A DNA stretch of 53,850 nucleotides from Chara braunii (Eukaryota; Plantae; Charophyceae): positions 4,159,439 to 4,213,288 of the forward strand of contig BFEA01000027.1 in NCBI GenBank assembly GCA_003427395.1, given 5' to 3'. Shown here in pieces: positions 23,703 through 35,845 of the stretch (position 1 is its first letter; each line of letters starts with the position of its first letter). The translations under genes were made by a program, and so were the position numbers. The notes below the pieces were generated by a model. That model ran no database searches. It was not told the DNA's origin and was given only the letters and a program-made list of their open reading frames with translations.

Positions 23703-24055
23703 CTAGGTTGTTGGTACGGACATCCGGGACCCCCCTGACCGTCCGGGATGTCCGACCGGACGTCTGGTCGGACATCGGACTGGACAAGGTATGTCCGACC
23801 TAGCGCCAAAAAAAAAAAATAAAAAAAAAATCATGTGGTTTCCACCTTGCATTAGGTGTATGCCACCAAATTTTGGACCATTTGGGCCATTAGAATAAAT
23901 AATAAAAATCTTCAAAGATTCTAATCCCCACCTATACCCCTCCTATCCCCACCAAAACCCATCGTACACCCCCCCCACCCCAAATACCACCCTATCACCA
24001 AATGCTCAGAAAAATCTGATTTTTTGTGGGGGGTCTCTAGGGCATGCGCAACACT

Positions 24056-24088
<33 letters not shown>

Positions 24089-24189
24089 TGCCAAAAGGCC
24101 GTCGTCCAGAAATCATGACAACGGGGGTACCTGACGTCCGGGAAGACGTCCGGGGGAGTCGTCCGGTCTCCGGACTATTGGTAACCTAG
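23703..24189. mobile_element. hAT-type MITE
   Basis: Termini CTAGGTT...AACCTAG; perfect 8-bp TSD gaattaac; subterminal GTCCGG repeats. Confidence 0.88.
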
Positions 24190-24524
24190 GAATTAACTTT
24201 AGAACTATAATAGATGGACGCAACTGTTTCAGTGCCTTTTTCTTTTCTATACCCGCATCATGCATGCAAGTTTCCCCCGCTTCCCACTACAACCTATGCC
24301 ATTTTCACCCTTCTCCTCTTCGTGCCTTCCCTCCTTCACCCCTTCGCGCTTCTCCTCCACTCCTTCTCGCCCAAATCTTGGCCCTGCTCCCCACTACTCT
24401 TCGTGCTCTTCTTCTTTCCACCTTCATCCCCATACAAGAACTCCCAAAAATTCTTGTCACACCCCATTTCGCTAATCCCTCAGGGCCTATTCGTTATCAC
24501 TCTGACCAAAAGACAACACGGGGC

Positions 24525-24767
24525 ATGAGGTTGAACGTCACCGGGCAAACGTCTTTTTGTTCGGCATGTGGTCGACACCTTGGAAACCTTCAGGATGCCC
24601 CACCCTACAACGTTCGAGAGTCGACACAATATTACGGCGAAAATCCCTCCCACATAACGTTTTCATGCCGCAGACCATGTGGAAACAAATTTGGATCGTT
24701 TTCTAGGGGTGAAGTCCCACCACCCAAGTTCAAGTTTAGAAAACATCATGGTGTGACACCATTTTGA
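24525..24767 (+). CDS. Small Cys-containing hypothetical ORF (80 aa, GEVPPPK motif)
   Basis: MRLNVTGQTSFCSACGRHLG...RGEVPPPKFKF; followed by AATAAA and poly(A); motif shared with ORF 52769..53095. Confidence 0.35.
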   Translation: MRLNVTGQTSFCSACGRHLGNLQDAPPYNVRESTQYYGENPSHITFSCRRPCGNKFGSFSRGEVPPPKFKFRKHHGVTPF

Positions 24768-25765
24768 TATTAATAAATTTGAAACGAAAAAAAAAAAAAA
24801 AAAAAAAGGCTAAAAACAATTTTTCTCCTTATTTTTTATTACGTAACTCGGAGAAATAAAACACGTCTAGCACAGTTGGAGTGAATGTCTCCATGAAAAA
24901 ATGATACTTCCAGTGGTGAGGGGACAGGAGATCACGATTTGTAAAATGGACAGGGACACCATGAATCGCTAGATGCGTTCATTGCCCAAAGAAAGAAGAG
25001 AGTTTGATGCGAGAGAGTCAAACATAGTTGTTAGAGTTTCTTCGTTTCAGGGTGTAATAATGCCTAAAAAAACAAAAGAAAGAACAACACATAGGGCCTC
25101 ACTGCACTATTCTCGAAATGCGCAAAACGAGAGTGAATCTTCCTCCAGAATATGGAAAGATACATGGTCATGATTTTTGTTTTTTTTGCATGCCGAGAGT
25201 AGTGTAGAGAGACCCATAAGTTGAGAAATCAATCCTCGGGGGGTAGGGTAGTTTTGTAAACTTAAAATGGTTTCCTGCCCAAATGGAAAGGGCCAAAGTT
25301 GAGAAATCAACCCTGGGGGGCGCCTGGCGCTAAGCGAGTTTATGGCAGGGCTTAGTGCCTTTAGGCTCTAGAAGAAGAGATCGACGAAGCGATGCTGACG
25401 GCTTCCCTTTTCCCTCGGAATTCCCAAGGAAGGTGGAAACATTGGGTGCTTCACAAGCTAGGAGAAACCAGGTTCCAGGCTGATGCCCCATCGTTATTCG
25501 GAAGGCTATGGAAGACGAAGCAGTGAACCTCGGAAGTCGAGGACCTCCCGGTGGGGATCTAATCGGTTGAAGGACGTCTGCAATAGGAAAGGGAGATAGG
25601 TGTGTTGGAGTTACCACCTCCTCTCCTTTCACGACGGACGACCTAGTAGCAACTTCATAAGCCTCCGGGTTATACGAAGAGTCGGCGGGCTTTCGGAAGC
25701 AGAGAAGCGGACGTTATAACGGAAAAAACCTATCACCGCTAAGGATAGAGACAAGAGCACAACTT

Positions 25766-28075
25766 GTGCAACTGTTTCGCGTAAAGTCTTTCCACAACCT
25801 ATGCTCTAGAGGAAGGATGCAACGGACTTGGACGTCAATATTAGGCGTAGTATTAATTTTATTTTTTCGTCCAACTTTTTTATTGGTATTGTTTCAATTG
25901 AGAGTGACTAATTGTTATTTTGGTAGTCAAAACTGGAAGGGGGATATAAGGATGGTTATTTCGGTGTCTGAGAACCAGACTCCTTTGTCCACCCAAGAGG
26001 CGCAAAGGGTCAAGGAAATATTAGAGGAATGTTATTTTAACGAAATCCTTCCTGACGAGTTTGCGTCACAGGTGGTGGAGTCCGGGCCGGATTTCGTAAG
26101 GGTAGTCGTCAATAAAAATGTTTATCAAATTCAATTTGATTGGTTTCGTCAGCATGCGTTGTCAGTCCATTTTGGGGACGAATCAACATCAGTCCTTGTT
26201 AAGGTCAAGAACATGTTAGTAAGAATATATGAAGAAGGTTGGGCCAAGACTGGGATCTTGAATGTTGCTCCGAAAAGGGAAATATTCAACCATGAGGGAA
26301 AAAACTTGGTAACCTACGTAGCAAGTGCGAAAGAAATAACACAGTAGATGCTACGAAAGAGGCAAGATGTTATTCAATTGGATAAACAAAAGTATACAAT
26401 CTCGTTCGTCCCATGGATGACAGAAAACCAGCTATTTGAGTGGAATGAGGCTATGAGCTTTCAATTTTTTTGGGTCAGGGTATTGCAGGTCCCGATGTCG
26501 ATTTTGCCTCATATTAAGGGGGTGGTGAAGGAAGCTTTTGGGAACATCCTTCGGCCGACTCCACAACAGAAAAAATTTCACGAGAAATGAAAGTTGAAAA
26601 AATATTCCATAAAAAAAAATCCTTCATATTTATAAATTATAATTTCAATGTTCGTCCAATTCTAAAATTTCCAGTTTTATTTTATAAGGTCCCTTCTAGA
26701 TATGAGTTTTCCCTTCCAACTTTGTTCAATATGGAATGAACGTATGGACGAGTTTATGAAATATTTTGATTAAAATTTCATTCTACTACAACAAATATCT
26801 TATAATTTAGATTGAATTAACCTATTTATGACTGAAAATCCTTACTTAGAATGACAGTCCAATTAAACTTGACATATTTCATGAACTCATCCAGAATTTC
26901 ATTCCATCTCTAGCATGCAGTCCAAATAAGAAGGGATACCTTATTCTTGGAATGAAAGTTTGCAAGTAAGATGAAAAATTTTCAAATAGGAATGACATTT
27001 TTAAAGATGGAATGAAAATTTAAAATTTAGATTGTAATTTTACTATAGAATGATTATTTATTTCTGGAAAATTTTTCCATTGCAGCTTTCGCAGATCCAA
27101 TTTCACCAGATTTATTAACGATTAAATTCGACCTGTCACCACTGGCTAGATTAAAATACAAAAAGCAGTTAGTAATTGATTTAGGAGAGGATGGCTACAC
27201 AAAATTGGAGGTAGTGTGCGCGGACTCACCATGGTGTAGCTTGTGCAGATGTTTTTTTCACACAGACATGGATGCTAACTGCCCTCGAAGGGCTAATTAT
27301 AAGAGGGCGGTAAAGAAGGGGAAAGGGGTTGAGGATACGAAAGAGGAAAAAAAGAAGGAGGAGGCGGACAAAGGGAAAGGGAAAGAGAAGGAAGAAAAAA
27401 CAGAAAAGGAGGAAGGGGAAAAGAAGAAAGAGGAGAGCGGGAAAACGAAGAAGGATTCGCAGAAGGGAGGTAACCGGGATCCCCAAAAGGAGAAGAAAGA
27501 GAAATCGATCGAGAAATTTAAGGGGAGAAGGTTTGGAGAAGTGGATAAGGAAAAGGGGTTGCCGCCACAAAAATTTGCATTTGTGTATGGTTCAAAGTCA
27601 AAGAATGATGTGAAAGGGAAAAAAATTAAAAAGTAAGTGGAGGAAAAAAAACAAAAAAGCAAAGACTCAACACAACAGTGAGATATCAAGGAAAACAGGG
27701 CTCAAGACCCAACTGTCGAGGATTCTCCCAAAGAAACGGAGAAGGACATAGAGATGAAGGGATCGGAGGAAGAGGATAAGGCAAACGGAAGGGATGAAAA
27801 AGTAAAAAAGGACGGGCATGATGAGGAGGTAAAGACGAAGAAGGTCCAGAGGGAGGAGGAGGGAGAAGAAGAGGCTGGAAAAAGACAAAAGGGAAAAGCG
27901 GAAAAAAAAAGTGAATGCCTGTAGAAGGAAGAAGATATGGGAAAAGCAAAAGGTTTTGCTTCAGGGGGACCAAAAGGAATCGCTAAGGATTTTAGTAGTG
28001 AAAAAAAAAACGGACCTCTCAAAACTGGTGGACAACCTGGATTCGGAGGCCCTGGGGCAAGTTTAATTTTAAAGG
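25766..28075 (+). pseudogene. L1-like LINE ORF1 remnant (zinc knuckle, K/E-rich tail), interrupted by a MITE
   Basis: Removing the MITE rejoins ...ILRPTP|AFADPISPDLL...EVVCADSPWCSLCRCFFHTDMDANC (CCHC-like); WVRVLQVP resembles the plant L1 ORF1 motif; no ORF2 follows. Confidence 0.7.
26564..27082 (-). mobile_element. ~520-bp MITE, copy 2 (inverted; TSD CA)
   Basis: ca|caacagaaaaaatttc...atttttccattg|ca; excision restores the LINE ORF1 frame. Confidence 0.92.
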
Positions 28076-28099
28076 ACTTGCAGACCTTGGAATGAGAGT

Positions 28100-29630
28100 T
28101 CAACCCCCCCCCCCCTTCCGACTGACTCTCCTGGTGATGATTGTATGGTTCATCTTCCGCAAGCAACCCAATTACTTGGTCCACGACAGGTACCAGTTGC
28201 GTTCCTCCCAGTTGTCCCGTTTTGGAGGGGGCCACTAAGTCCGGGGGAAACCTGTGTAAGATGGAGGGGAGAGGGTGTGCCAATTGTTTGTCAGCGGTGT
28301 TGGAGAGTAGGGCCGCCCCAATTTCCTCCACAAGGACCTCGGACCAGAATTGTTTGTCCTCCGTACACAGTTCCGTTCTGCTTTTGTTAGTTCCCACCTC
28401 GATTATTTGGGTGGGTTCTGTGTAGCCTGCGGTTATCTGACTCAGTTCCTCCAACAGTGCTGTTACAGTTGAAATGATTGTCTTGGCCACAAGTCCCCAA
28501 TCGATCTCATATGGATTGTGGTACTCATTTACTACTTGCGTGATTTTGTGTTTTGCCAAGATTCTCCTTCGGATCTTCTCCCAGTGCAGCGGGGGAATAA
28601 ACTTGTTCAGCGTCCGACCGGTAGGTACCAACGAGTTTTGCAGTATCCAGTCCGTGAGGATCTTGAGGCGAGGCCGGACACTCTTCATGAGCGGGACACA
28701 GTTTTGATCGTTTCGGGATGGGGTTTGTGATCGTGTTTCGGTCTTCTGTGTACACAAGTTATCTTCATTTGTTTGGGTCGGGCTCATAACCAGGTCCAGC
28801 GTTGGGTGCACGCCGTCCGAATGTGGTGCTTGTTGGAGGTGTATGTGATCCCCTTCCCCCCCTTGTCCTCATGGTAGGGTATCAGTCTGCATGTCCTGCA
28901 CCATGATGTGGTCCTGTTGCGGGTGTGTTCCCTCCGGAGGATGCAAGCACATCATCATTGGTGCGTTCAATATTCGTGCGTTTTGTTGCGGGGGCATGCC
29001 ATAAAGGTGAGGGTAGTGAAATTCAATATTAGTGTGCTCATGTTGGGGCAGATACGGTGACGGACCCGTGCCAAGACCCGTGGAGATCTGTGCCTGCCAA
29101 AATTGTTGTTTTAGGAGTGCCTGTCGTTGGTCCCGAGTATTTAGCAAGCCCACTTCCTGACTGTGTGTGTAGAGACTATGTTGGGCCTCTTGCAAGTGGT
29201 GCAAAAGGTGGGCTTGTAAGAACTTATCCTGTTGTTCTTGTATGTGTCGTGCTTGTTACATTGCCAAGTGGTGGAACAAGGCCCGTTGTTCCGATGTTAG
29301 GGCAGCAGTAAGGGGTGTGTGTTCCTGGGCTCCCATCTCTAGCTCCGTGTCTGACATGTCCATTTCGGATTCCTTTCCGGATTCTGGGTCAGAGTCTGTA
29401 TCAAAGATGTCATTCATGGCGACGTCCATTTGTGGGCGGCTTCGTCTGGCAACCCTTCCCTTGACTATCGCTTCCCGGAGCTCCTCTTTTGCTTGTTCCT
29501 GCTCCTTTAACAGAAGCTTATAAGTTTGTGTTATGTACAGTGATTCCACGTGGTTGCCTTGAGCCCGGTCTGCTTGTGTTGGACGGTGCAGGCCTTGCTC
29601 ATTGCTGTCAAGCCGGGAAACTACTGACAA
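28100..29630 (-). pseudogene. Degenerate coding fragments of an unidentified retroelement (gag/ORF1-like or antisense accessory ORF)
   Basis: Successive minus-strand ORFs (29256..29630, 28869..29204, upper part of 27702..28811) with protein-like composition, bounded by C/G runs. Confidence 0.35.
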
Positions 29631-29820
29631 TGGTCGGGCCTAGGCTCCTACCTCCCGAGTGTTCGGGGAGGAGGGGGGGGTGACTTTGTCTATTGCGGAT
29701 GTGTCCGATAGCGAGAGGCTCACCTCTTGATCGTCATGACCCTTTCCAGTGCCACACCTTCCATCAATACTTCATTACACTCGCATTAAAAAAGGGGAGA
29801 GGAGTTAAAATGTGTCTAAC

Positions 29821-32800
29821 TCATGGACTTCTGAAATCTCTACTGAAAAGCCTGTTGGAAGCCGGGTCCAGCGTATAATTTTTCACCAGAAACTTATAAG
29901 AAATGTCCACTCTTGACTGCACAGTTGCTCTGGTGCCTGCACTCTATAGTTGCTTTACAACATTTCTCTTCCTCCAAACCTGTGCTGCTACCCACCGTCG
30001 CAGACACCATCCTTCGTCCTCATGGAATCGAACAGGGCTAATTCGCTGCATATTTTTTTTAACACAACCATTTGGTCACCTCTAACTTACTTCCCTCTTG
30101 GATCTTTGCGAAATTGCTCTTAACCCAAGAACCGAGAAACCAAGAGGGATTTTTCCGTCTCCAATCTACAAACATTGTCAGCCTGATATTCGCTTTGATT
30201 TGTTTTTTTGACAGATGGAGGTTTGCTTCCTCATTCTGAAATGTTTTTGCATTGTACATTGCCCAGATAGTTTCCATCACTATCCCCCTGCAGCAGAGAG
30301 CTACATACCCTCCCCCAGTCTTCAGGTTTCCTTTTGCCACTCCAAATAGAATGAAGTCATCGCCCCTTGAGAAATCAAAACTTGTATTTTTTGAAAATCC
30401 CCTCCACCATTCTCATATTGCATTCGACCGTGGGCAATATAGCCACAAATGGGAGGTTGTCTTCCATCCCCAACTGCACCTGACACATGTTGAGAAGAGG
30501 TTCATACCCCTTGTGTTGAGCCATGTTGTGGCTAGGGTAATCTGCATTGATTGTAACCATTGTAGTGCAGCCTGTCTTTGGGCATGAATCCTCTTCAAGG
30601 TCTTCCATAATTTATACAGATCTTTTTCTTCCACTCATGCAATTTGCAGGTCTGTTAGTCTCTTTTTTACCACTGTGCTCGACTTTCTTGTGTTTTTTTC
30701 TTATTGTAGTTGTACCCCCATCTTTGTTGTATACTGGTACATTGAAGTTCCCTGTGATTGAGTGACTGAGTTCCAACCGAACAGTATGGGTTCTACCACC
30801 ACGTTCACCAACAGAAAATTTTCTCATAATTAAATAATCATTCTATAGTAAAATTACATTCTAAATTTTAAATTTTCATTCCATCTTAAAAAATGTCGTT
30901 CCAATTTTAAAATTTTCCTTCTTACTTGAAAACTTTTTTTCCAATAATGGAGTATCCCTTCTTATTTTAATTGCATGCTAGAGATGGAATGAAAGTCTGG
31001 ATGAGTTCATGAAATATTTTAATTGGACTGTCATTCTAAGTAAAGATTTTCATTCATAAATAGGTTAATCTTATCTAAGTTAGAAGATATTTGTTGTAGT
31101 AGAATAAAAGTTTAATTAAAATATTTTATAAACTCGTCCATACTTTCATTTTATTTTGAACAATTAGATGTAGTTGAAAGGGAAAACTCATATTTCGAGG
31201 GGAACTTATAAAATAAAACTGGAAATTTTATAATTAGACGAACATTGGAATGATCATTTATAAATATGAAGAATTTTTTTTTTTAGAATGTGTTTTCAAC
31301 TTTCATTTCTCGTGGGAATTTTTCTGTCAACCTGGGAAACCTGTACCAGGTAACAATCAGAACCCTTCGGTGTCTACCGCTCGTGAACTCTCACCTCCTC
31401 TAGATCTAGTGTGGTCCTTACCGTTTCCTCCCCTTCCAGAAACAACTTTCCCTTAACCCTATTTCCCCCCCTTCTCCATTTTTGTACTTTAACCTCCGAA
31501 CGGAAATCAGGGTCCAAGACCTTCCCTAGCTTATTTTCATTCTCTGGATCCTCCACCCAACTGCCCTCATTAAATTGTTTTTCCTTATACAGTGCACTAA
31601 TCCAGTGTTGCGACACAACCCTTTTTATTCTTTCATAGTTAAACCACAAGTACTTGGCCCAGCTATCGGCCGCGGAAAAAAATTGAGTGGAAACATTTCT
31701 AGTTGCATGAATTTGAGCGCTCTTGTAGTGGTCCGTATGTTTCCTGAAATCTCGTAGTGTTACCAGACACAACTTTAGGAAGTACTGGTGGTTTAAGCTC
31801 TAGATGTCTAAGCCTCGAAAGCTTTCCTTTTCATTCATCCAAGGTGAGCCACTTGGCTACATCTTCATCCCATATGTCCCTCAGTTGGATGATACCATGT
31901 TCTATCCATGCCTTTCCAAAGGTGCCTGCGCTTCCATCCGCTTTCAATTCCTGACCATTTTCCAGAATAAATCGGTTCTCAAATAATATATGGTTTAATA
32001 TTTTCCCTTTTGATCTTGGTTCCGCTATTAGTTGGGGCCTCACATTGTTCCATGCTCATATAATATCATACCAAATTTTTGACCTTGGTCTCCTTTGGTT
32101 GTAGGAGCCTATCATGAAACACAGCCAAACATGACCCATTAGAATATACACAGTCAACTTGAGCCAACATTTTTCTGAGCCCCCATTTATTGCCGCCAAC
32201 GACCACTTTACCAAGAGGGCTATGTTCTGATACATGGGGTCCAATATCCCCAGGCCCCCTTGAACTCTGGCACAAGTAATAAATTTTCATGCTACCTTGA
32301 CAATGAAGCCTTGATTTTCGACGCCAGCGGCTTCCACAGGTATCTAGCCGCTGCATGCTTAATTTTATGATACGCCTCTTCACTTAACAGATGTACCATT
32401 AGGGGTAACCAAAGGGCCAAGAAGGCTGCAGATGAGAGAACCAAGGCCCTACCAAATAGGGACAACTGATGGTTTCGCACCCAACCATTAATCTTGGTGA
32501 TGACCTTATCTGTTAAGAGATTGTCCTGAGTGGTAGAGCAGTCTGCAAGTGATACCTGTATCCCCAGGAACCTCTTTGCTGTATTCGTGGGAATCCATCT
32601 CAGTCCCCAATCTACCTCCAGTATAAGCAAATGGGACAAAAAATAAATTGATTTGTCCCAATTAATGGAGGCCTCTGACAAGTCACAATAGCTATCCAAG
32701 ACTTTTTTCAATTCTTTCAATGACTCTTTCTTATTTTCACATGCAACGGTTAGGCCGTCTGCAATAGCACCTCCTTTCCAATGTATCTGTGAGGGTAGGA

Positions 32801-34829
32801 GCAAACCTATTATTTTCTCATTACTTCTAATATTATGTACTAGTACTTGTAATTGCGTGACAAACAACAGGGGCGCTAGAGGACACCCTTGTCTTAATGA
32901 TCTTGACAACCGGAACTCTGTTAACATCTGACCATTCACCATGACCACCGATAAGGCCTCTATATACATCGCTTTTACCCAAGTACTAAAACCTTATCCA
33001 AAGCCTATCCTGTCTAGGGGGGTGAATACAAAGGTCCAACCAATCTTGTCATAGGTTTTTTTCATATCCAATAGTATGACCACCACTTCCCTCACTTCCA
33101 GTGCCTGAATGGTCGACATTATGTTGTCAAATATAGATCTACCTTTTACAAACGCCCCTTGTTCTTTACCTACTGAACTAGGAAGATATCCAACAAATTT
33201 GATCGTCAGGGCTTTTTGTACAGGAGGGAAACCTGTTAACCATCTATTCGGCAGATGGCCTATTCCCATACTATTATTGAAAATCTGACATAAAAAAGGG
33301 GCAAAGGTCTCCCATATGCTCAAATAGAGCTCTACCGACAGCCCATCTAGACCTGGGCACTTGCTCTTTGCCATCCTTTTGACTGTTGCATATAACTCGT
33401 GTGTTGTAAATGGGGCATCGAGGGCTTCTTTTGCCTCTTGTGATATTCTTGATCTTATTCCATTCCGAAAATTTGACACTAGGGAGAGATTCGTATTCGT
33501 TGTATCCCAAGATCTTCTTGAAGAGACTATGTCTTGAAAGTAAGTTTTAGGAATGTGAGCACATCTCCTCTGGACTTTTAGCCTCTGGGACGTTTAGTGC
33601 AAAGGGTTGCTTTAACTCCCGAATTACAGGTTTCACTTGTTTCAAGATTAAGCTTCTAAATATAATCTTTGTCATCCGATCATAGCCCACTACCCGTCTG
33701 ATTTTTAGCCATTCTAACCACTATTCCTGTTTACTAGCCTCCAATTTTTCCAAAATAGTCAGATTCCTTTTCCTCTGATCCGTCCAATAATATTTCGTAA
33801 ATGGGTCTCCCCCCATTTTGGACTCTGCTTCCTTAACTGCTTCCTCCACTCTCTTTTCTTTCCATCTCTTATTCGCTGCTCGCAATCTTGAAAAAGTTTC
33901 TAATGTCGCTGTTATTATCCCTATTCCCACCTCTGCTCATTTCTCCTCTTGGCTAAACAAGTCTTTTGCTCTCATCCATTCCTTCATTTGGATGCTCACC
34001 CAATCTATTATTCATTTTACGTTCAAATAAGACGTATTCAGACGTAAGGGCGGACCGACTGTTTGAAATTGTTGCTTTGCAACTATGTCCATCCCCACCG
34101 GTGAGTGATCAGACGATGAGGACACCAATGTATCGCACCACCAGCACCTGTCCCGCACTGAGCCCTTTGCCAAGAAAAAATCCAGTCTTCTCTTTGGCTG
34201 TTGGGTGTGTTTGGCAAGACGGGGCCCAACCCAGGTCTACCAACTCGACTCTGGGTTGAGAATTCTGTAGACATCATTCAGGCACTGTGCATCCATTAAG
34301 GAAATAAGCATCATGTTATCCTCTCTAATCGGGGTGAGGTTCTATGAATCCAAGTCGGGGTTGAGAATTGTATTCCAATCCCCAGCCATAATCAAATTTT
34401 CTACATCTGGAATCCACGATGGTAGGGAGGCAAAGAAACTCGTTCTCTCCTTGTACTCGACCGGGGCATATATTGACATGATCGCCCAATCCTCATCTTC
34501 TACCGCCAATTTAACCCACACTTCTATACCTCTAGGGTCTATAAAATGATCAATGACTTCTAGTTCAAAATCCTTATTGATAAGTATGGCTACTCCACTG
34601 CACGTCTCTTGCAACTGGCCCAAAACTGGAGCCTCTTCCACCAATTCTTAGCCTGCTCAGTCTTATTTAGGTCCAACTTTGTTTCTTGCAGACATGCTAT
34701 GTGCACGTTATGTGTGTGCAGCCAAGCCACCATGACTTTTTTCTTGTTTCTGTTTAAAGTGTCCCCCAATCCTCTGATATTTCAAGTTAGGACTCTAAGA
34801 GTCTTGGGCAAGACCATCAAACTGGTCAT
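29821..34829 (-). pseudogene. L1-like LINE ORF2 (APE endonuclease-RT), decayed
   Basis: RVLT*NIRGL, CLQET, SIYAP, IMAGDWN, KCPGLDGL, LLDMKKTYD, RSLRQGCPLAPLLF, AIADG (degenerate catalytic motif); many stops and frameshifts. Confidence 0.9.
30809..31329 (+). mobile_element. ~520-bp MITE, copy 3 (TSD AC)
   Basis: ac|caacagaaaattttc...ggaatttttctgtca|ac (right terminus altered); lies inside the minus-strand LINE ORF2. Confidence 0.9.
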
Positions 34830-34839
34830 TGCCGCCTAA

Positions 34840-35845
34840 GACTTGGATGTGGGTTGCAGGTTCCCTCTCTTCTCTTTCTTCTGCTGCCTTATTTTCCTGA
34901 GAGCAGGAGGCCGCCACCTAATCATGGAGTACCGGAACACTAGATGTAAGTTGTTGCTGGGCATCGGTCCTATGCAGCCAATCTGCAACTGGCACGACAT
35001 TCCATTTTCCCCCCATTATGATTCCTCTTAAAATTTATGTATCTAAAGTCAGAAAGGGCGTCACTGGATTCCAATGTACTCAGAGTTGTTGTCACTGCTC
35101 CCTTGTTTCGTCCAAGGAGATCAGAGAGAGGAACACAAGGTGTAAGATTGTCTTTCCTTTTCCTGGGTTCTCTATTATATGTCTGCCCATTTTCGGTTTT
35201 CGTAACAGAACAACTGTTTCCATGCCTTTAAGTACCACCGACTGGGCTAGACTCACCATTGTGTCCTCCGTAGGTTGTGATTGTATTGGGACCAGTGGGA
35301 TCTCTAATACTTCATCGCTCTCTTTCGTAGTCAGTAGGCATAGTCCCATCTGGGTGGTTGTGCAGATCAGTGGGACTAAACAATGCCTTACCACTGTGTA
35401 GGCTCTGTCCTTCCTTGACAGGGTCTTCATCGGGGCAGCAAAGCTTAGTTCCTCCTCCTTCCCCCTTGCACATAGTGACCATTTTCGATTCTCATATCCG
35501 TTGGCCTCCGTTTCATCTTTTTATATTTTTGTCTCTTTATCCATGTCGAAATATTTCCTGTAATAGCAAGAACCATCTTCCATTTTGCTTCTCTTCGCAG
35601 GGTCCGGTATTGAGGAGGATGGGCTGTTTCTTCTCTTCCCATCGAAGACCGTGTCATGTTCCTTCCGATTATTTTTCTTGCTTCTTCTTAGGTTTTTGAC
35701 ACCAAATTTCTTCGTTGGGTCTTTAGCTTTAAACCGCAGTTCCTTTTTTCCTTTCTCCTCTCCGCTAGACTCTTCTTCGTTCTGGGACTCAGAAGGGGAA
35801 GACAAACGTTATCTGGGTCTCCTGCTAAGGCCTATCTCTGACTGA
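34840..35845 (-). pseudogene. C-terminal remnant of ORF1 of the minus-strand LINE
   Basis: K/E-rich and hydrophobic ORF fragments directly upstream of the ORF2 start; truncated at the junction with the plus-strand LINE. Confidence 0.55.
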
